Origin: an uncultured bacterium
GTDB taxonomy: Bacteria; Patescibacteriota; Minisyncoccia; Phycocordibacterales; CAIRYW01
Direction: 5' to 3'
Assembly: GCA_963766885.1 (NCBI GenBank)
Contig: CAVYBO010000002.1
Span: 365,521 to 429,520 of the forward strand
Length of the DNA stretch: 64,000 bases
The notes under the pieces were generated by a model that worked only from the letters and a program-made list of their open reading frames with translations, did no database searches and was not told where the DNA came from. Of this stretch, positions 42,251-52,043 are shown in pieces. Position 1 is the stretch's first letter. The number at the start of each line of letters is the position of its first letter. Both the position numbers and the translations under genes were made by a program.

Positions 42251-43939
42251 TTATTTTATATACTTGTACTTCTGTTGCATCAAAAGAGCCCAAGATCCTA
42301 TTTGATTTATAAGATTTAGATTTTGAGAGATTGACCATCCAGAATAATGACCGTTGTTTGAACAGCTATTTGTAGTTACAGGATTATAATTAAGCCAAGG
42401 CTGGAATATTATACCGTCTGATACTCCGTTGCCTGTGCCCGTGGCGTTACTTGTCGCGTTGTACGGACCGCTTTTATCTCCCCACCAGTTGTTAGAAAGA
42501 TTATATGATGATCCCGGATTTGCAATTGCTCCCATTCCATTAAACTCAATGCTGTTGTTAGATACTGCAAGAGTTGTATTATCGATCGGATATATTCCAA
42601 AAGCACTGTTTGTTATCTGGCTGTACTGCAGATTAATACTATTGTTTGAGTAGCTGCTATCGCCGAAACTAGTAATTCCGCCGAGCGAACAGTTTTCAAT
42701 CGTGATGTTCTTTGCTGTTACCGCCGCTTGATTAAAAGCCACAATTCCGTATCCTCCGGTATTGATTGTTGTCGATTGAATAGTTGTAGAAGCGTTATCA
42801 AATATATTAATACCGCTATTTGAAGAACCGAAATTGCTTATAGTACTGTTTTTTATGTTTAGATTGCTGCTGTTGAAAGCATCAATAGCATCTCCAGAAA
42901 CAGCATTAATTGTGAGCGCGTTTGCATTGAGCGCACTATTGTCCCACACCTGTAACGCAGTGCTTCCATTTACGATGTTTTCTATTTCCGTGTTTGTCAG
43001 ATTAACGCTTGCGTTATTAAATGCCTGAAGAGAAACTCCGTTAAATACAGTATTCTGGTTTGTTCCGTAACCTAAACTCGCCGCGGTAGAAAGCGTACCG
43101 CCGTCGATGGTAATAAAGTTGCCGCCTGAAGATCCTTGGATGGTTACACCTGGATTAATGGTTAATGTTTTTCCAGATGATACTGTTGGATTTGAAAGAA
43201 GAATATAAGGGCCATCTCCGGATGCAAAAGAATAATTAATGCCATAGACATCACCAGTTAAACCAATACCGTTGTTTGTGTTATTAGAAAAACTGTTTGA
43301 GCTATGGGTAAATTGCGTGGAATAGTTGACCATCGCAGGCTGATTGTTGTTTGAGAAGCTGTTGCTATTCAACTGTAAGCTGCCACCGCTTGCAGAAATA
43401 CTAGTGCTGTCATTAGGAAAATTAGAATTGTTCACTGAAAGCGATGCATTTGATGATGATAACGCAGAATTAGCATAGCGCATTTCTACGCCATTGAATG
43501 CGCCGCTTGACTGATTTTCAAAAACAATACCTTTATATGATCCAATATTAGGAGTGCTCGTTGAATTTACTCCATTTGAAGCGAGCGTAGAGTCTTCTAT
43601 GGAAGTAAAGTATGTCTTTGTGCATAGTCCAATATTCAGTATGCTGCAAGTTAGAATATTTAATAAATTATTACTGCTGCCTGCAACAACCGAGCCGTAT
43701 ACATCAATCTCTGTCCCGTCACCAAACTGTACAACCACTCCGGGATTGATAGTGAGTTTCGCATTATTCGCAACTTGAATAGTGTTGGAGATAATATAAG
43801 GGCTTCCATTATTCGTCCAAGCAGTATTGCTTGTAATGTTACTCGAGACAATTGTTGACGCCTGCGAATAAAAAAAGGGAAACATGATAAATGAAACTGC
43901 GAAAATAAATTTTGCTGCTTTTTGATTTTTATATTTCAT
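42251..43939 (-). CDS. secreted right-handed beta-helix repeat protein (pectate-lyase-like fold)
   Basis: It has a signal peptide and many N-x-x-(I/V/L) and G/S/N-rich parallel beta-helix repeats. Confidence 0.6.
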   Translation of the reverse strand: MKYKNQKAAKFIFAVSFIMFPFFYSQASTIVSSNITSNTAWTNNGSPYIISNTIQVANNAKLTINPGVVVQFGDGTEIDVYGSVVAGSSNNLLNILTCSILNIGLCTKTYFTSIEDSTLASNGVNSTSTPNIGSYKGIVFENQSSGAFNGVEMRYANSALSSSNASLSVNNSNFPNDSTSISASGGSLQLNSNSFSNNNQPAMVNYSTQFTHSSNSFSNNTNNGIGLTGDVYGINYSFASGDGPYILLSNPTVSSGKTLTINPGVTIQGSSGGNFITIDGGTLSTAASLGYGTNQNTVFNGVSLQAFNNASVNLTNTEIENIVNGSTALQVWDNSALNANALTINAVSGDAIDAFNSSNLNIKNSTISNFGSSNSGINIFDNASTTIQSTTINTGGYGIVAFNQAAVTAKNITIENCSLGGITSFGDSSYSNNSINLQYSQITNSAFGIYPIDNTTLAVSNNSIEFNGMGAIANPGSSYNLSNNWWGDKSGPYNATSNATGTGNGVSDGIIFQPWLNYNPVTTNSCSNNGHYSGWSISQNLNLINQIGSWALLMQQKYKYIK

Positions 43940-44029
43940 ATAAAGTAATTATACACTCCTAATTTTTGGGCGCAAAACTACAATAACAAACAAAAAATCC
44001 AACTTAAAATAAGTTGGATTTTTTCGATC

Positions 44030-44140
44030 TCTCACAAGGCAACAGCGCCGGCGAGATCGGAACGCCGGCGGTGTTGCATTACGAGCTATCGAGGGTCGCC
44101 TTGAAAACCAAGATAATTCGCCTGCCCTTAGATACGGTAC
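44030..44140 (+). other. GC-rich structured element, candidate cis-regulatory RNA or ncRNA
   Basis: caacagcgccggcg...cgccggcggtgttg forms a 14-bp stem. Local GC is far above the genome background. It is upstream of the operon starting at 44229. Confidence 0.35.
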
Positions 44141-44228
44141 CTATTTTAATCTTGGTGCACAATTTCAGTAGAATCTAGTATTACGATTTCAATTTCTTCA
44201 ATTGCGTATGTCTATTCTATAATGAAGC

Positions 44229-45635
44229 ATGCTTCTTGAGCAAGCCAAAAAAATAGTGTTTGAAAAAAGGCCAGCTTTTGGCCAAATTTACACAAAATAC
44301 AAGGACAAAAAGTGGGTTGAGTATATCAAACAAAACCACATACGAAACTCACAATTAAAAAATGAGCCTGAATTTAGGGCTATTTTTAATAAAATAGTTT
44401 CAGATTTGCTTGGTAAAGATAAGGCGGATAGAGCTTGGAACAGCCTTAAAAAAACAGGGTTTGCCTCTACTGCAGACCACCACGGACTGCTTTGCCATCC
44501 CTTTTTTTCAAATATGGCAATCGCCAGATCAAGTCCGCTTGTTTCAGACAAAGCCGATTTTCAAATCACCTTTAGTGTCGGCGGGGTTTCTCCTACCAAT
44601 TCTTCATTCCCACGCTCCGTATTTTTTCATAACAAAAATCTAGAATTGGAAAAAATACATTTAATATCACTCGCACACAGACAAAGACCGCTTTATGGAA
44701 TTCCGGCGATATCTAAAAATGATTTGGTAAAGATAAAAGATCATATTTTCTTGGAAAATATTTCCAAATCCGGCAAAACAAGATTTATAAATTTTATAGA
44801 AAAATCATTGTGTGACAAAAATATATGGAAGCAGAAAAGATTTTGCGAACAGCTAACAATTATAAACAATATTTGGTGGCAGGAAATTTTTGGACAGGAA
44901 CGTGGAGAGCTTTTGTATCTTGAAGCGGAAGAAATTATAAAAAGTGTTTTGATCGAACATATAAGCAAAAAAGAAATTCTTTCGGAAATATTTTTTGATA
45001 AAGAGAGAAGAGACTTGTATATTCAAAATTTTGAGAATATTTCAGGAGCGCATAATTCCAATGACAAAACAGGTTCAGTACTTTTTTGGCTAATTGACCA
45101 AAAAAAAAACAAAAGAAAGGTATTATTTTTAAATGGAGAGCTCTTGGAAACTTTGGATGGAGAAAAAATAGAGCTTTCGCCAGAAAAAATTTTGGAAGGA
45201 TTAGAAAATTATTCATTGATGCCAAGCATGGCGCTTTGTTATTCTATACTCGCCTTCTACTATGGAATTACACTTGGCGGAGGATTCTCCCAAATCCAAT
45301 ATTTGGCAGAGATGAAAAAATCCTGGAATAAGGTGTTTCCTGAGTTTCAGAATAATACAGAAAATGTGCGGACGGATGTTTTTTCTGGCGAAGTTGTAAT
45401 TGCCGGCAGCTTTTCAAATGAAGAAAGCAGACCCGCAACATTGGCTGATTTTTTGGTCCACACAAAAAATGCCGAGGAAGCAAATCTGCTCGCCGAAAAA
45501 GCCTTAGACAAAACTACAATCGGAGAAAGCATTGATGCTATGATGTATGAACTTTTGGAAATTATCTCCGGAGAATACGTAGAAATTGATAATCTGCCAA
45601 AAGCTCACAAAACCTTAAATGTCTCTCAAAATTAA
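44229..45635 (+). CDS. hypothetical protein (468 aa)
   Basis: It is a long ORF with coding composition, and its stop overlaps the next gene's start. Confidence 0.5.
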   Translation: MLLEQAKKIVFEKRPAFGQIYTKYKDKKWVEYIKQNHIRNSQLKNEPEFRAIFNKIVSDLLGKDKADRAWNSLKKTGFASTADHHGLLCHPFFSNMAIARSSPLVSDKADFQITFSVGGVSPTNSSFPRSVFFHNKNLELEKIHLISLAHRQRPLYGIPAISKNDLVKIKDHIFLENISKSGKTRFINFIEKSLCDKNIWKQKRFCEQLTIINNIWWQEIFGQERGELLYLEAEEIIKSVLIEHISKKEILSEIFFDKERRDLYIQNFENISGAHNSNDKTGSVLFWLIDQKKNKRKVLFLNGELLETLDGEKIELSPEKILEGLENYSLMPSMALCYSILAFYYGITLGGGFSQIQYLAEMKKSWNKVFPEFQNNTENVRTDVFSGEVVIAGSFSNEESRPATLADFLVHTKNAEEANLLAEKALDKTTIGESIDAMMYELLEIISGEYVEIDNLPKAHKTLNVSQN

Positions 45636-46815
45636 AACTGAAAATCTAGATAAAAAAAAGTGTCTTTATTGCGGCAATAATCCCGTCAATCATGATTATG
45701 TTTTTTGGGCGCAGACTATGGATGTGTTCTTTTCTCCGATTACAAACTTTACTGCTTTTCTTCAAAACGCCCTGACGTTCAAGATCGCCAAAACAATAGC
45801 CACCCCTTACGTATTTTTATTTAATACCGTCGGAATGCTCAAATTTAATAAAGATCGGACAAAAGCAAACACTGAAAGATCCCAGGTCATCTGGAAAGAA
45901 GCAGATGCGCGAGGCATACGGATGGAGCAATTTGTTATTTTAGGCAAGAGTGTTGAGCAATACAGGGCAAAAATAAATAACGAATGGTTTTATTTTGAAA
46001 GCCTGCCTATCCCTCCGCAAATGCATTCTAAAAGTTATGCTTGGATGGATGACAAAGGTGTTTTAAAAAAGAAACTGCTCAAGGCTGGAATCTCTACGCC
46101 AAAAGGCGGACGGGTCACAAATTTCAAAGATACTCTGAAAATTTTTGAGGAAATCCGAAAACCAGTAATCGTCAAACCTGTTGTCGGCTCGCGCGGCAGG
46201 CACACTACGACTTTTATTTACACTATCGATGATTTGAAGTACGGATTTTTTGTGGCCAAAGAACTTTGTTACTTTGTTGTTGTTGAAGAGCATTTGCTCG
46301 GCAGTGTCTATCGCGGCACGTATGTGGGAGGAGAAATCGTCGGAATCCTTCGCGGCGATCCGCCAAGAATTACCGGCGATGGCAAAAAAAATATCGCGGA
46401 ACTTATTGAAGAAAAAAATAAAAACAAACACGAAAAAGTTAAAGATGTTTTAATAGACAAAAAAACTGAAGCGTTTTTAAAAAGGCAAAACCTAAATCTT
46501 GATTCTGTTTTGCCTCAAGGAAAGACTATTGATCTCTCGGAAAAAATCGGGCTTTCTTATGGAGGCAACGCTGTGGAAATGATAAACAAAACTCATCCAA
46601 AAATTCTTGAGGAACTAAAGCGCGCCGGAGATCTGCTTGGCGCGCCCATTGTAGGCTTTGATTTTATTGTTGATGACCCAACCACAGACCCAACTGGTAA
46701 GCATTGGGGAATAATTGAAGCCAATTCCCTGCCGTTTATAAACCTGCATCATTTTCCTCTTGAAGGAGAGCCTCAAAACGTAGCTGGCAAAGTATGGGAT
46801 TTGTGGAAGAAATAA
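45619..46815 (+). CDS. ATP-grasp family ligase (cyanophycin-synthetase/RimK-like)
   Basis: PVIVKPVVGSRGRHTTTFIYTIDDL and GAPIVGFDFIVDD...GIIEANSLP are ATP-grasp core motifs. Confidence 0.6.
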   Translation: MSLKIKTENLDKKKCLYCGNNPVNHDYVFWAQTMDVFFSPITNFTAFLQNALTFKIAKTIATPYVFLFNTVGMLKFNKDRTKANTERSQVIWKEADARGIRMEQFVILGKSVEQYRAKINNEWFYFESLPIPPQMHSKSYAWMDDKGVLKKKLLKAGISTPKGGRVTNFKDTLKIFEEIRKPVIVKPVVGSRGRHTTTFIYTIDDLKYGFFVAKELCYFVVVEEHLLGSVYRGTYVGGEIVGILRGDPPRITGDGKKNIAELIEEKNKNKHEKVKDVLIDKKTEAFLKRQNLNLDSVLPQGKTIDLSEKIGLSYGGNAVEMINKTHPKILEELKRAGDLLGAPIVGFDFIVDDPTTDPTGKHWGIIEANSLPFINLHHFPLEGEPQNVAGKVWDLWKK

Positions 46816-46826
46816 AATATAGAAAA

Positions 46827-47156
46827 TTAATACGCCCTTGAGTGCAGATTCCATTTTATGGTACGCGCCAAGTCAAACATCACAGAAACTAAAACTGCAA
46901 CAAAAACCAACAGAGCGATTTGAACCACAAAGCGAGTATGGATAAAAGCCACAGAAATGTAATTTGCGTAATAAACAGGATCTCTAAAAGTAGAAAACAT
47001 ATTTTCAAAAACATTTTTTATTGAAACGAGTAAAGTGATTGCGGCAAAGCTGAAGATAAGCACAAAAACTTTAATTCCTGTCGGGCTCAAAACCTCCTGC
47101 ACAAAATGAAGTATTTTCACCCGAAACATTATTTTGTTTTTCATTTCTTCATTCAT
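46827..47156 (-). CDS. small membrane protein, putative anti-sigma factor
   Basis: It has two transmembrane helices and lies immediately downstream of the ECF sigma gene. Confidence 0.35.
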   Translation of the reverse strand: MNEEMKNKIMFRVKILHFVQEVLSPTGIKVFVLIFSFAAITLLVSIKNVFENMFSTFRDPVYYANYISVAFIHTRFVVQIALLVFVAVLVSVMFDLARTIKWNLHSRAY

Positions 47157-47161
47157 AATTT

Positions 47162-47749
47162 TTATTCTAAATTGCCTTCAGAAGCAATTACGCTTCTAAG
47201 CATTGTTTTGGCGCGATGAATCCGCACTCGCACAGCACCTTCGGAAATTCCCTCTTTTTTTGCAATTTCTTTGTGTGATATTCCAAACAGAAAATGCCTC
47301 TCCAATACATTCCTAAACTTTATTGGCAATTTTGAAAGACGAACCAAAAACTCCTCCATTACATAATGCTTTTCTATTTCCTCTTCGCCTTTATGGTCGC
47401 GGAGCACGGACTCCATTTCTTCAGAAATCAGCATCGTGTTCGCTCTGCGTTTTTTGTTTTTCTGATAAAGAGTAAAGCAGTGATTAATCAAAATTTTGTA
47501 CGCCCATGATGAAAAGCTGGCGCCTTCCTGCCTTTTGAATCTTTTGGCAGCCACATAAATTTTGACAAACGCGTCCTGAACAGCGTCTATGGCATCATCA
47601 GAATTTCTCAAGACCGAAACGGCCTTTCTCAAAAACTGCATCTCGTAGCGATCAATTAGCAAAGCAAAGACATCCGGCTCACTTTGAGAGAGCAAAAGCA
47701 GCTCTTCGTCTTTTAGATTATTCAGAGTTGATTCGTCCAACATATTCAT
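47162..47749 (-). CDS. RNA polymerase sigma-70 family (ECF-type) sigma factor
   Basis: It has region 2 (DAFVKIYVAAKRFKRQEGASFSSWAYKILINH) and a region 4 HTH (ISHKEIAKKEGISEGAVRVRIHRAK). Confidence 0.75.
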   Translation of the reverse strand: MNMLDESTLNNLKDEELLLLSQSEPDVFALLIDRYEMQFLRKAVSVLRNSDDAIDAVQDAFVKIYVAAKRFKRQEGASFSSWAYKILINHCFTLYQKNKKRRANTMLISEEMESVLRDHKGEEEIEKHYVMEEFLVRLSKLPIKFRNVLERHFLFGISHKEIAKKEGISEGAVRVRIHRAKTMLRSVIASEGNLE

Positions 47750-47809
47750 CGTTTCATATTATAACTCCAAAAAAGATAAGTTGTTACAAAAATAAGGAGT
47801 ACTGACTCC

Positions 47810-48751
47810 TTAGCGAATTATTTTTGCAAGCCTAGCATACGCATTTGCGCGGAATAGATTATGTTCCCTTCTGGATGAAAACAATTTCTTGTCCCATCCA
47901 AAATAAAGATCTTCAAAGTAATCTATTAAAAATCTTCCCGCAAGCTCGTAGGTTATCAGAGAAGTTGCTTTAATGGCAGTATCCCTAGATATAACATTTT
48001 CAGCTCGGAGGTTGTATGCCGAAAGAGCAATATCGAACTTCTTGGAATCAAAACCGTAATCTGCTGTTTTTGACCAACTTCGTAATGCGTCGCCCAAATC
48101 GGTTAAAACATTTCCTAACATCACCGTATCCAGATCTATGATTGCTATGACAAGTCCATTTTGATTAAACAAGAAGTTGTTCCACTTTGGATCTCCGTGT
48201 ATAAGTTGGAGATTAAATGATCCAAGATCAATTCCCATTATTCCTACAGATATTGTTTTACCCAGTCCAGCTATATTCGTTTCGCGAACATAATCATCGA
48301 CTTTATTTGCAACAAAAAAGGCATCATGGAAATGATCCGTAACGATGGCCTTTGGAACAAATTTATGTGATGCCAAAGCTTTGTGGAACTCAGCAAGAAA
48401 TCCCGCTGCACTCTCTAAGCTCGCTTTTGACTGTCTTGCTTCCAAATTTGGAATATAATAAATCATTCTCCATCTTTGGTCGGTGTCCAAAAAAGAAAGT
48501 TCATCATCTTCGGTACGCTTGATGGATGGCACGAGTAAGCCTTTTGCATTGCAAACTTTAGATACTTCTACCCATGTTTCTAAAACTGCTGGATTAATGC
48601 TTGCATTCATACTTTGCAAGATGAATAGCGGCCGATGATTTTTTAGAATCAGATAAGTTGAGTTCACTATTCCACCCGAAATCGGTTTGATCTCATAGAG
48701 TCCGCTAGTGATGCCGAAAGCTTTTAGTACGTTTGAAAGGTTCTTATTCAT
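47810..48751 (-). CDS. phosphotransferase (APH/choline-kinase family)
   Basis: It has a Brenner motif (LIHGDPKWNNFLF) and an IIDLD motif. Confidence 0.7.
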   Translation of the reverse strand: MNKNLSNVLKAFGITSGLYEIKPISGGIVNSTYLILKNHRPLFILQSMNASINPAVLETWVEVSKVCNAKGLLVPSIKRTEDDELSFLDTDQRWRMIYYIPNLEARQSKASLESAAGFLAEFHKALASHKFVPKAIVTDHFHDAFFVANKVDDYVRETNIAGLGKTISVGIMGIDLGSFNLQLIHGDPKWNNFLFNQNGLVIAIIDLDTVMLGNVLTDLGDALRSWSKTADYGFDSKKFDIALSAYNLRAENVISRDTAIKATSLITYELAGRFLIDYFEDLYFGWDKKLFSSRREHNLFRANAYARLAKIIR

Positions 48752-48828
48752 TTCTACTTATATAACCAAAAGAAGTCGAAAATATTACAAAGATTTTACT
48801 TATTAAAAATATCGTTTATAATATTTTC

Positions 48829-49227
48829 ATGTCTAAAGAAAAAAAATACCTAATCGGCGGAGGGGTAGCAGTTCTTATAATTGTCGTTGGATTATTTTTT
48901 CTTCAAAACGCCAGCCAACCAGGACCAAGCAAACTAGACAGCTTTGCAAAGTGTATTGCAAATAGCGGTGCCAAATTCTACGGCGCATTCTGGTGTCCTC
49001 ATTGTGCCGCTCAAAAAAGCGAGTTCGGCAGCGCGGTGCAGTATCTACCTTATATTGAATGTTCAAACCCTGACGGCCTCTCGCAGGATAAAACCTGCAA
49101 CGCTGTTGGAATCCAATCCTATCCAACATGGGTCATTAAAGGCGCTACCACAACTGGTGTGCAAACTTTAGATCAGCTCTCAGAAGAAACCGGCTGTCAA
49201 CTTCCTTCAACGGCAGCTCAGCAATAA
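48829..49227 (+). CDS. membrane-anchored thioredoxin-fold thiol-disulfide oxidoreductase
   Basis: It has an N-terminal transmembrane helix and a WCPHC active site. Confidence 0.7.
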   Translation: MSKEKKYLIGGGVAVLIIVVGLFFLQNASQPGPSKLDSFAKCIANSGAKFYGAFWCPHCAAQKSEFGSAVQYLPYIECSNPDGLSQDKTCNAVGIQSYPTWVIKGATTTGVQTLDQLSEETGCQLPSTAAQQ

Positions 49228-49270
49228 TATTATTTGACAGCCGTTTCTTTTGCCTGTATTTTGATTTTGT

Positions 49271-49693
49271 ATGTACAATTTACCTGTTATTTTACAATAT
49301 CTGTGGGCGTTGTTTTGGTCCAAGTTTCTGGGTCCTTATCAAACTGACGAAGAAAAAATTCAGACGACTCTACGCGAGCTTCTTCTTGAGCTGGTCAGAC
49401 TGAAGGAAATTGATATTGGCGATGCTTCCCCTGAAGGAGACTCAATAGCCAAGGAACATTTCAAACATTTGGTGGAACTGCAACTCCAAAGCCACAGAAC
49501 GTGCCACCTTTTGTGCGAGAAGCTTTACAAGCTTCTCGACGAAGAGGTGATTCCCACAACTGGCGGTTGCAGGCTAGATACGTGGCTTCTGTGCCACTTC
49601 AAAGAAAACCCCGAGGATTTACCCACCCAGAGAATGGTGAAAGTAGCCAAAGACCATTGGCAACCAGAATTTCATCATGCTGCCACCGTTTAA
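49271..49693 (+). CDS. hypothetical protein
   Basis: It is a 140-aa ORF with no motif. Confidence 0.35.
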   Translation: MYNLPVILQYLWALFWSKFLGPYQTDEEKIQTTLRELLLELVRLKEIDIGDASPEGDSIAKEHFKHLVELQLQSHRTCHLLCEKLYKLLDEEVIPTTGGCRLDTWLLCHFKENPEDLPTQRMVKVAKDHWQPEFHHAATV

Positions 49694-49731
49694 TTACAGG
49701 TGGCAATTTTTTTATCTGTTAAAATATCCTG

Positions 49732-51999
49732 ATGGGACAAGATTTAATTTCTTTTTTTAAAAAACTAACAGACAACCAAAAGCAAGCGCTTCAAAAAATG
49801 CGGCTCAAAACTTTGCGCGATTTGCTCTATCACTTCCCCACAAGATACGGCGGCACAGAAAAAGCAGTATTGATTTCTGCACTTCAACCAAAAATGCAAG
49901 CCACGATTTTTGGCAAAATTTCTAAAATAAAAATCAAAAAAACTTTCCGCACTCGGATTCCAATGACTGAAGCGACAATTTCTGATGATACAGATTCTGT
50001 CAAGGCTGTTTGGTTTAATCAGACATACATCGGCAGAATGTTTCAGGAAGAGAGCTTGGTGAGAATCGAAGGAATTGTTTCCGAAAATAAATCAGGTTTG
50101 TTTTTCTCCAATCCGCATATAGAAAAAGTTTCCAAAATTCCAGAAATTGTTGGGGATTCGCTTTTTGGCGAAGACGGCGAAGAGCACTCGTTGTATCCAG
50201 TCTATCAGGAATCCAAAGGCATAACCTCAAACTGGATTTATCACGCGTTAAATAAAATTTTTGCTTCAGAATTTTTTCAAAAAATTGAAGATCCACTTCC
50301 TCAAGAAATACTTCAGAAATACAGCCTGCCTTCCCTCAAAACAGCGCTTGTTTGGATACACACACCAAAAAAATCAGACGATGCGCTGGCAGCCAGAAAA
50401 CGTTTTGCTTTTGAAGAAGTTTTTTTTATCCAGCTACAAAATGAGATAGAAAGGAAGAAACAGAAAAAAGAAAAGTCGTTTGTTATTGATACCAAAGCAA
50501 TCGAACCTGAAATAAAAGATTTTGTCCAAAGGTTTCCCTTTTCTTTGACGCTGGCGCAAGAAAAAACCACTGCAGAAATTTTGAAAGATTTATCAAAGCC
50601 ATATCCGATGTCTCGCCTGCTTGAAGGCGACGTTGGCAGCGGCAAAACAGCTGTGGCAGCTACTACGGCGTTTGCAATCGTCGAAGGAGGTAAACCGACG
50701 GTGTCACAGGCGACTTCGCCAACGGCGAACGAAGACTGTGATCCGGAGGTTATCAAGCCTCAGAGTTACGCGCTTCGTTTTGCTCCGCAAAAGTCGCGCG
50801 TAACGTCTTCGGCTTTCACCGGTCCGCTTCAAGTCGCATACATGGCACCCACAGAAATTTTGGCAAAGCAGCACTTTGAATCCTTTATAAAGCTTTTCAG
50901 GCACCTGCCGATTTCAATCGGACTTATCACAGGCTCAGGTTGCAGAAAATTCCCATCCAAAGTCTCACCAAACGGCTGGACAAATATTTCTCGCAATCAA
51001 TTCCTCAAATGGGTTTCAAACGGTGAGATTTCAATTATCATAGGCACCCACGCTTTGATTCAAGAATCTGTAAAATTCAGAAACCTGGCTCTTGCAATCA
51101 TAGACGAACAGCATCGCTTTGGCACCCGAAGCCGCCAAAAAATCACCAAAAAAGATCCTCGGATTCCCCACCTGCTTTCAATGACTGCCACTCCGATTCC
51201 CCGCACGCTTGCTTTGACGATTTACGGAGACCTAGATTTGTCGCTACTTGATGAACTGCCTGAAGGCAGGCAAAAAACCAAAACAGAAATTGTCTTGCCA
51301 AATGAGCGGGAAAAAGTTTACGAAAAAATAAAATCAGAAATAAATTCCGGCAGACAGGCTTATGTCATTTGTCCCAAAATCAACGCTCCGGAACTAGGGC
51401 AAGAAAACATCATCAATTCAAAATCAGTCAAAGAAGAAGCCAAAAGATTAAAGAAATTTATTTTTCCGGAATTTGAAATCGGCACAATGCACGGCAAAAT
51501 GACTCCAACCGAAAAAGATAAAACTATGGAGAAATTTGAAGCGGGCAAAATTGATATTTTAGTTGCCACGTCTGTAGTGGAAGTCGGAGTAAATGTGCCA
51601 AACGCCACAATGATAATTATTGAGGGCGCGGAGCGTTTTGGACTGGCGCAGCTTCACCAGCTGCGGGGACGCGTGCAAAGAAGCGAGAAAGAATCTTTTT
51701 GTTTTGTGTTTACCGAAAGTGAAAGTGAAAAGACACTTCAGCGTCTAAAAGCATTAGAGACAGCAAGAAACGGATTTGAACTTTCCGAACTTGATCTCAA
51801 ACTCCGCGGTGCAGGAGAACTCTCTGGCGGCAAACAATGGGGACTCTCCGACTTGGCGATGGAAGCGATAAAAAATATCAAAATGGTGGAAGCAGCCCGC
51901 TTGGAGGCCAAAGAAATTGTTGCCAAAAACAGCAATCTCAAAAACTATCCTTTTCTTGCAAAAGTGATAGAAAACAAAAAAGAAGTGCATTTTGAATAG
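49732..51999 (+). CDS. recG: ATP-dependent DNA helicase RecG, with a ~45-aa GC-rich in-frame insertion after Walker A
   Basis: It has the wedge domain (LRDLLYHFPTRYGG), Walker A (GDVGSGKTAVA), DEQHRFG and helicase C motifs. Confidence 0.85.
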   Translation: MGQDLISFFKKLTDNQKQALQKMRLKTLRDLLYHFPTRYGGTEKAVLISALQPKMQATIFGKISKIKIKKTFRTRIPMTEATISDDTDSVKAVWFNQTYIGRMFQEESLVRIEGIVSENKSGLFFSNPHIEKVSKIPEIVGDSLFGEDGEEHSLYPVYQESKGITSNWIYHALNKIFASEFFQKIEDPLPQEILQKYSLPSLKTALVWIHTPKKSDDALAARKRFAFEEVFFIQLQNEIERKKQKKEKSFVIDTKAIEPEIKDFVQRFPFSLTLAQEKTTAEILKDLSKPYPMSRLLEGDVGSGKTAVAATTAFAIVEGGKPTVSQATSPTANEDCDPEVIKPQSYALRFAPQKSRVTSSAFTGPLQVAYMAPTEILAKQHFESFIKLFRHLPISIGLITGSGCRKFPSKVSPNGWTNISRNQFLKWVSNGEISIIIGTHALIQESVKFRNLALAIIDEQHRFGTRSRQKITKKDPRIPHLLSMTATPIPRTLALTIYGDLDLSLLDELPEGRQKTKTEIVLPNEREKVYEKIKSEINSGRQAYVICPKINAPELGQENIINSKSVKEEAKRLKKFIFPEFEIGTMHGKMTPTEKDKTMEKFEAGKIDILVATSVVEVGVNVPNATMIIIEGAERFGLAQLHQLRGRVQRSEKESFCFVFTESESEKTLQRLKALETARNGFELSELDLKLRGAGELSGGKQWGLSDLAMEAIKNIKMVEAARLEAKEIVAKNSNLKNYPFLAKVIENKKEVHFE

Positions 52000-52043
52000 A
52001 TTTTTATTGTTCAAAAAAGTGTGCTATCTTACTTATTCTTGCA

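Noticed and set aside
50313-50904. Minus-strand ORFs (147 and 66 aa) inside recG
   Set aside because: They are generated by the GC-rich insertion, where stops are rare. recG is intact on the plus strand.
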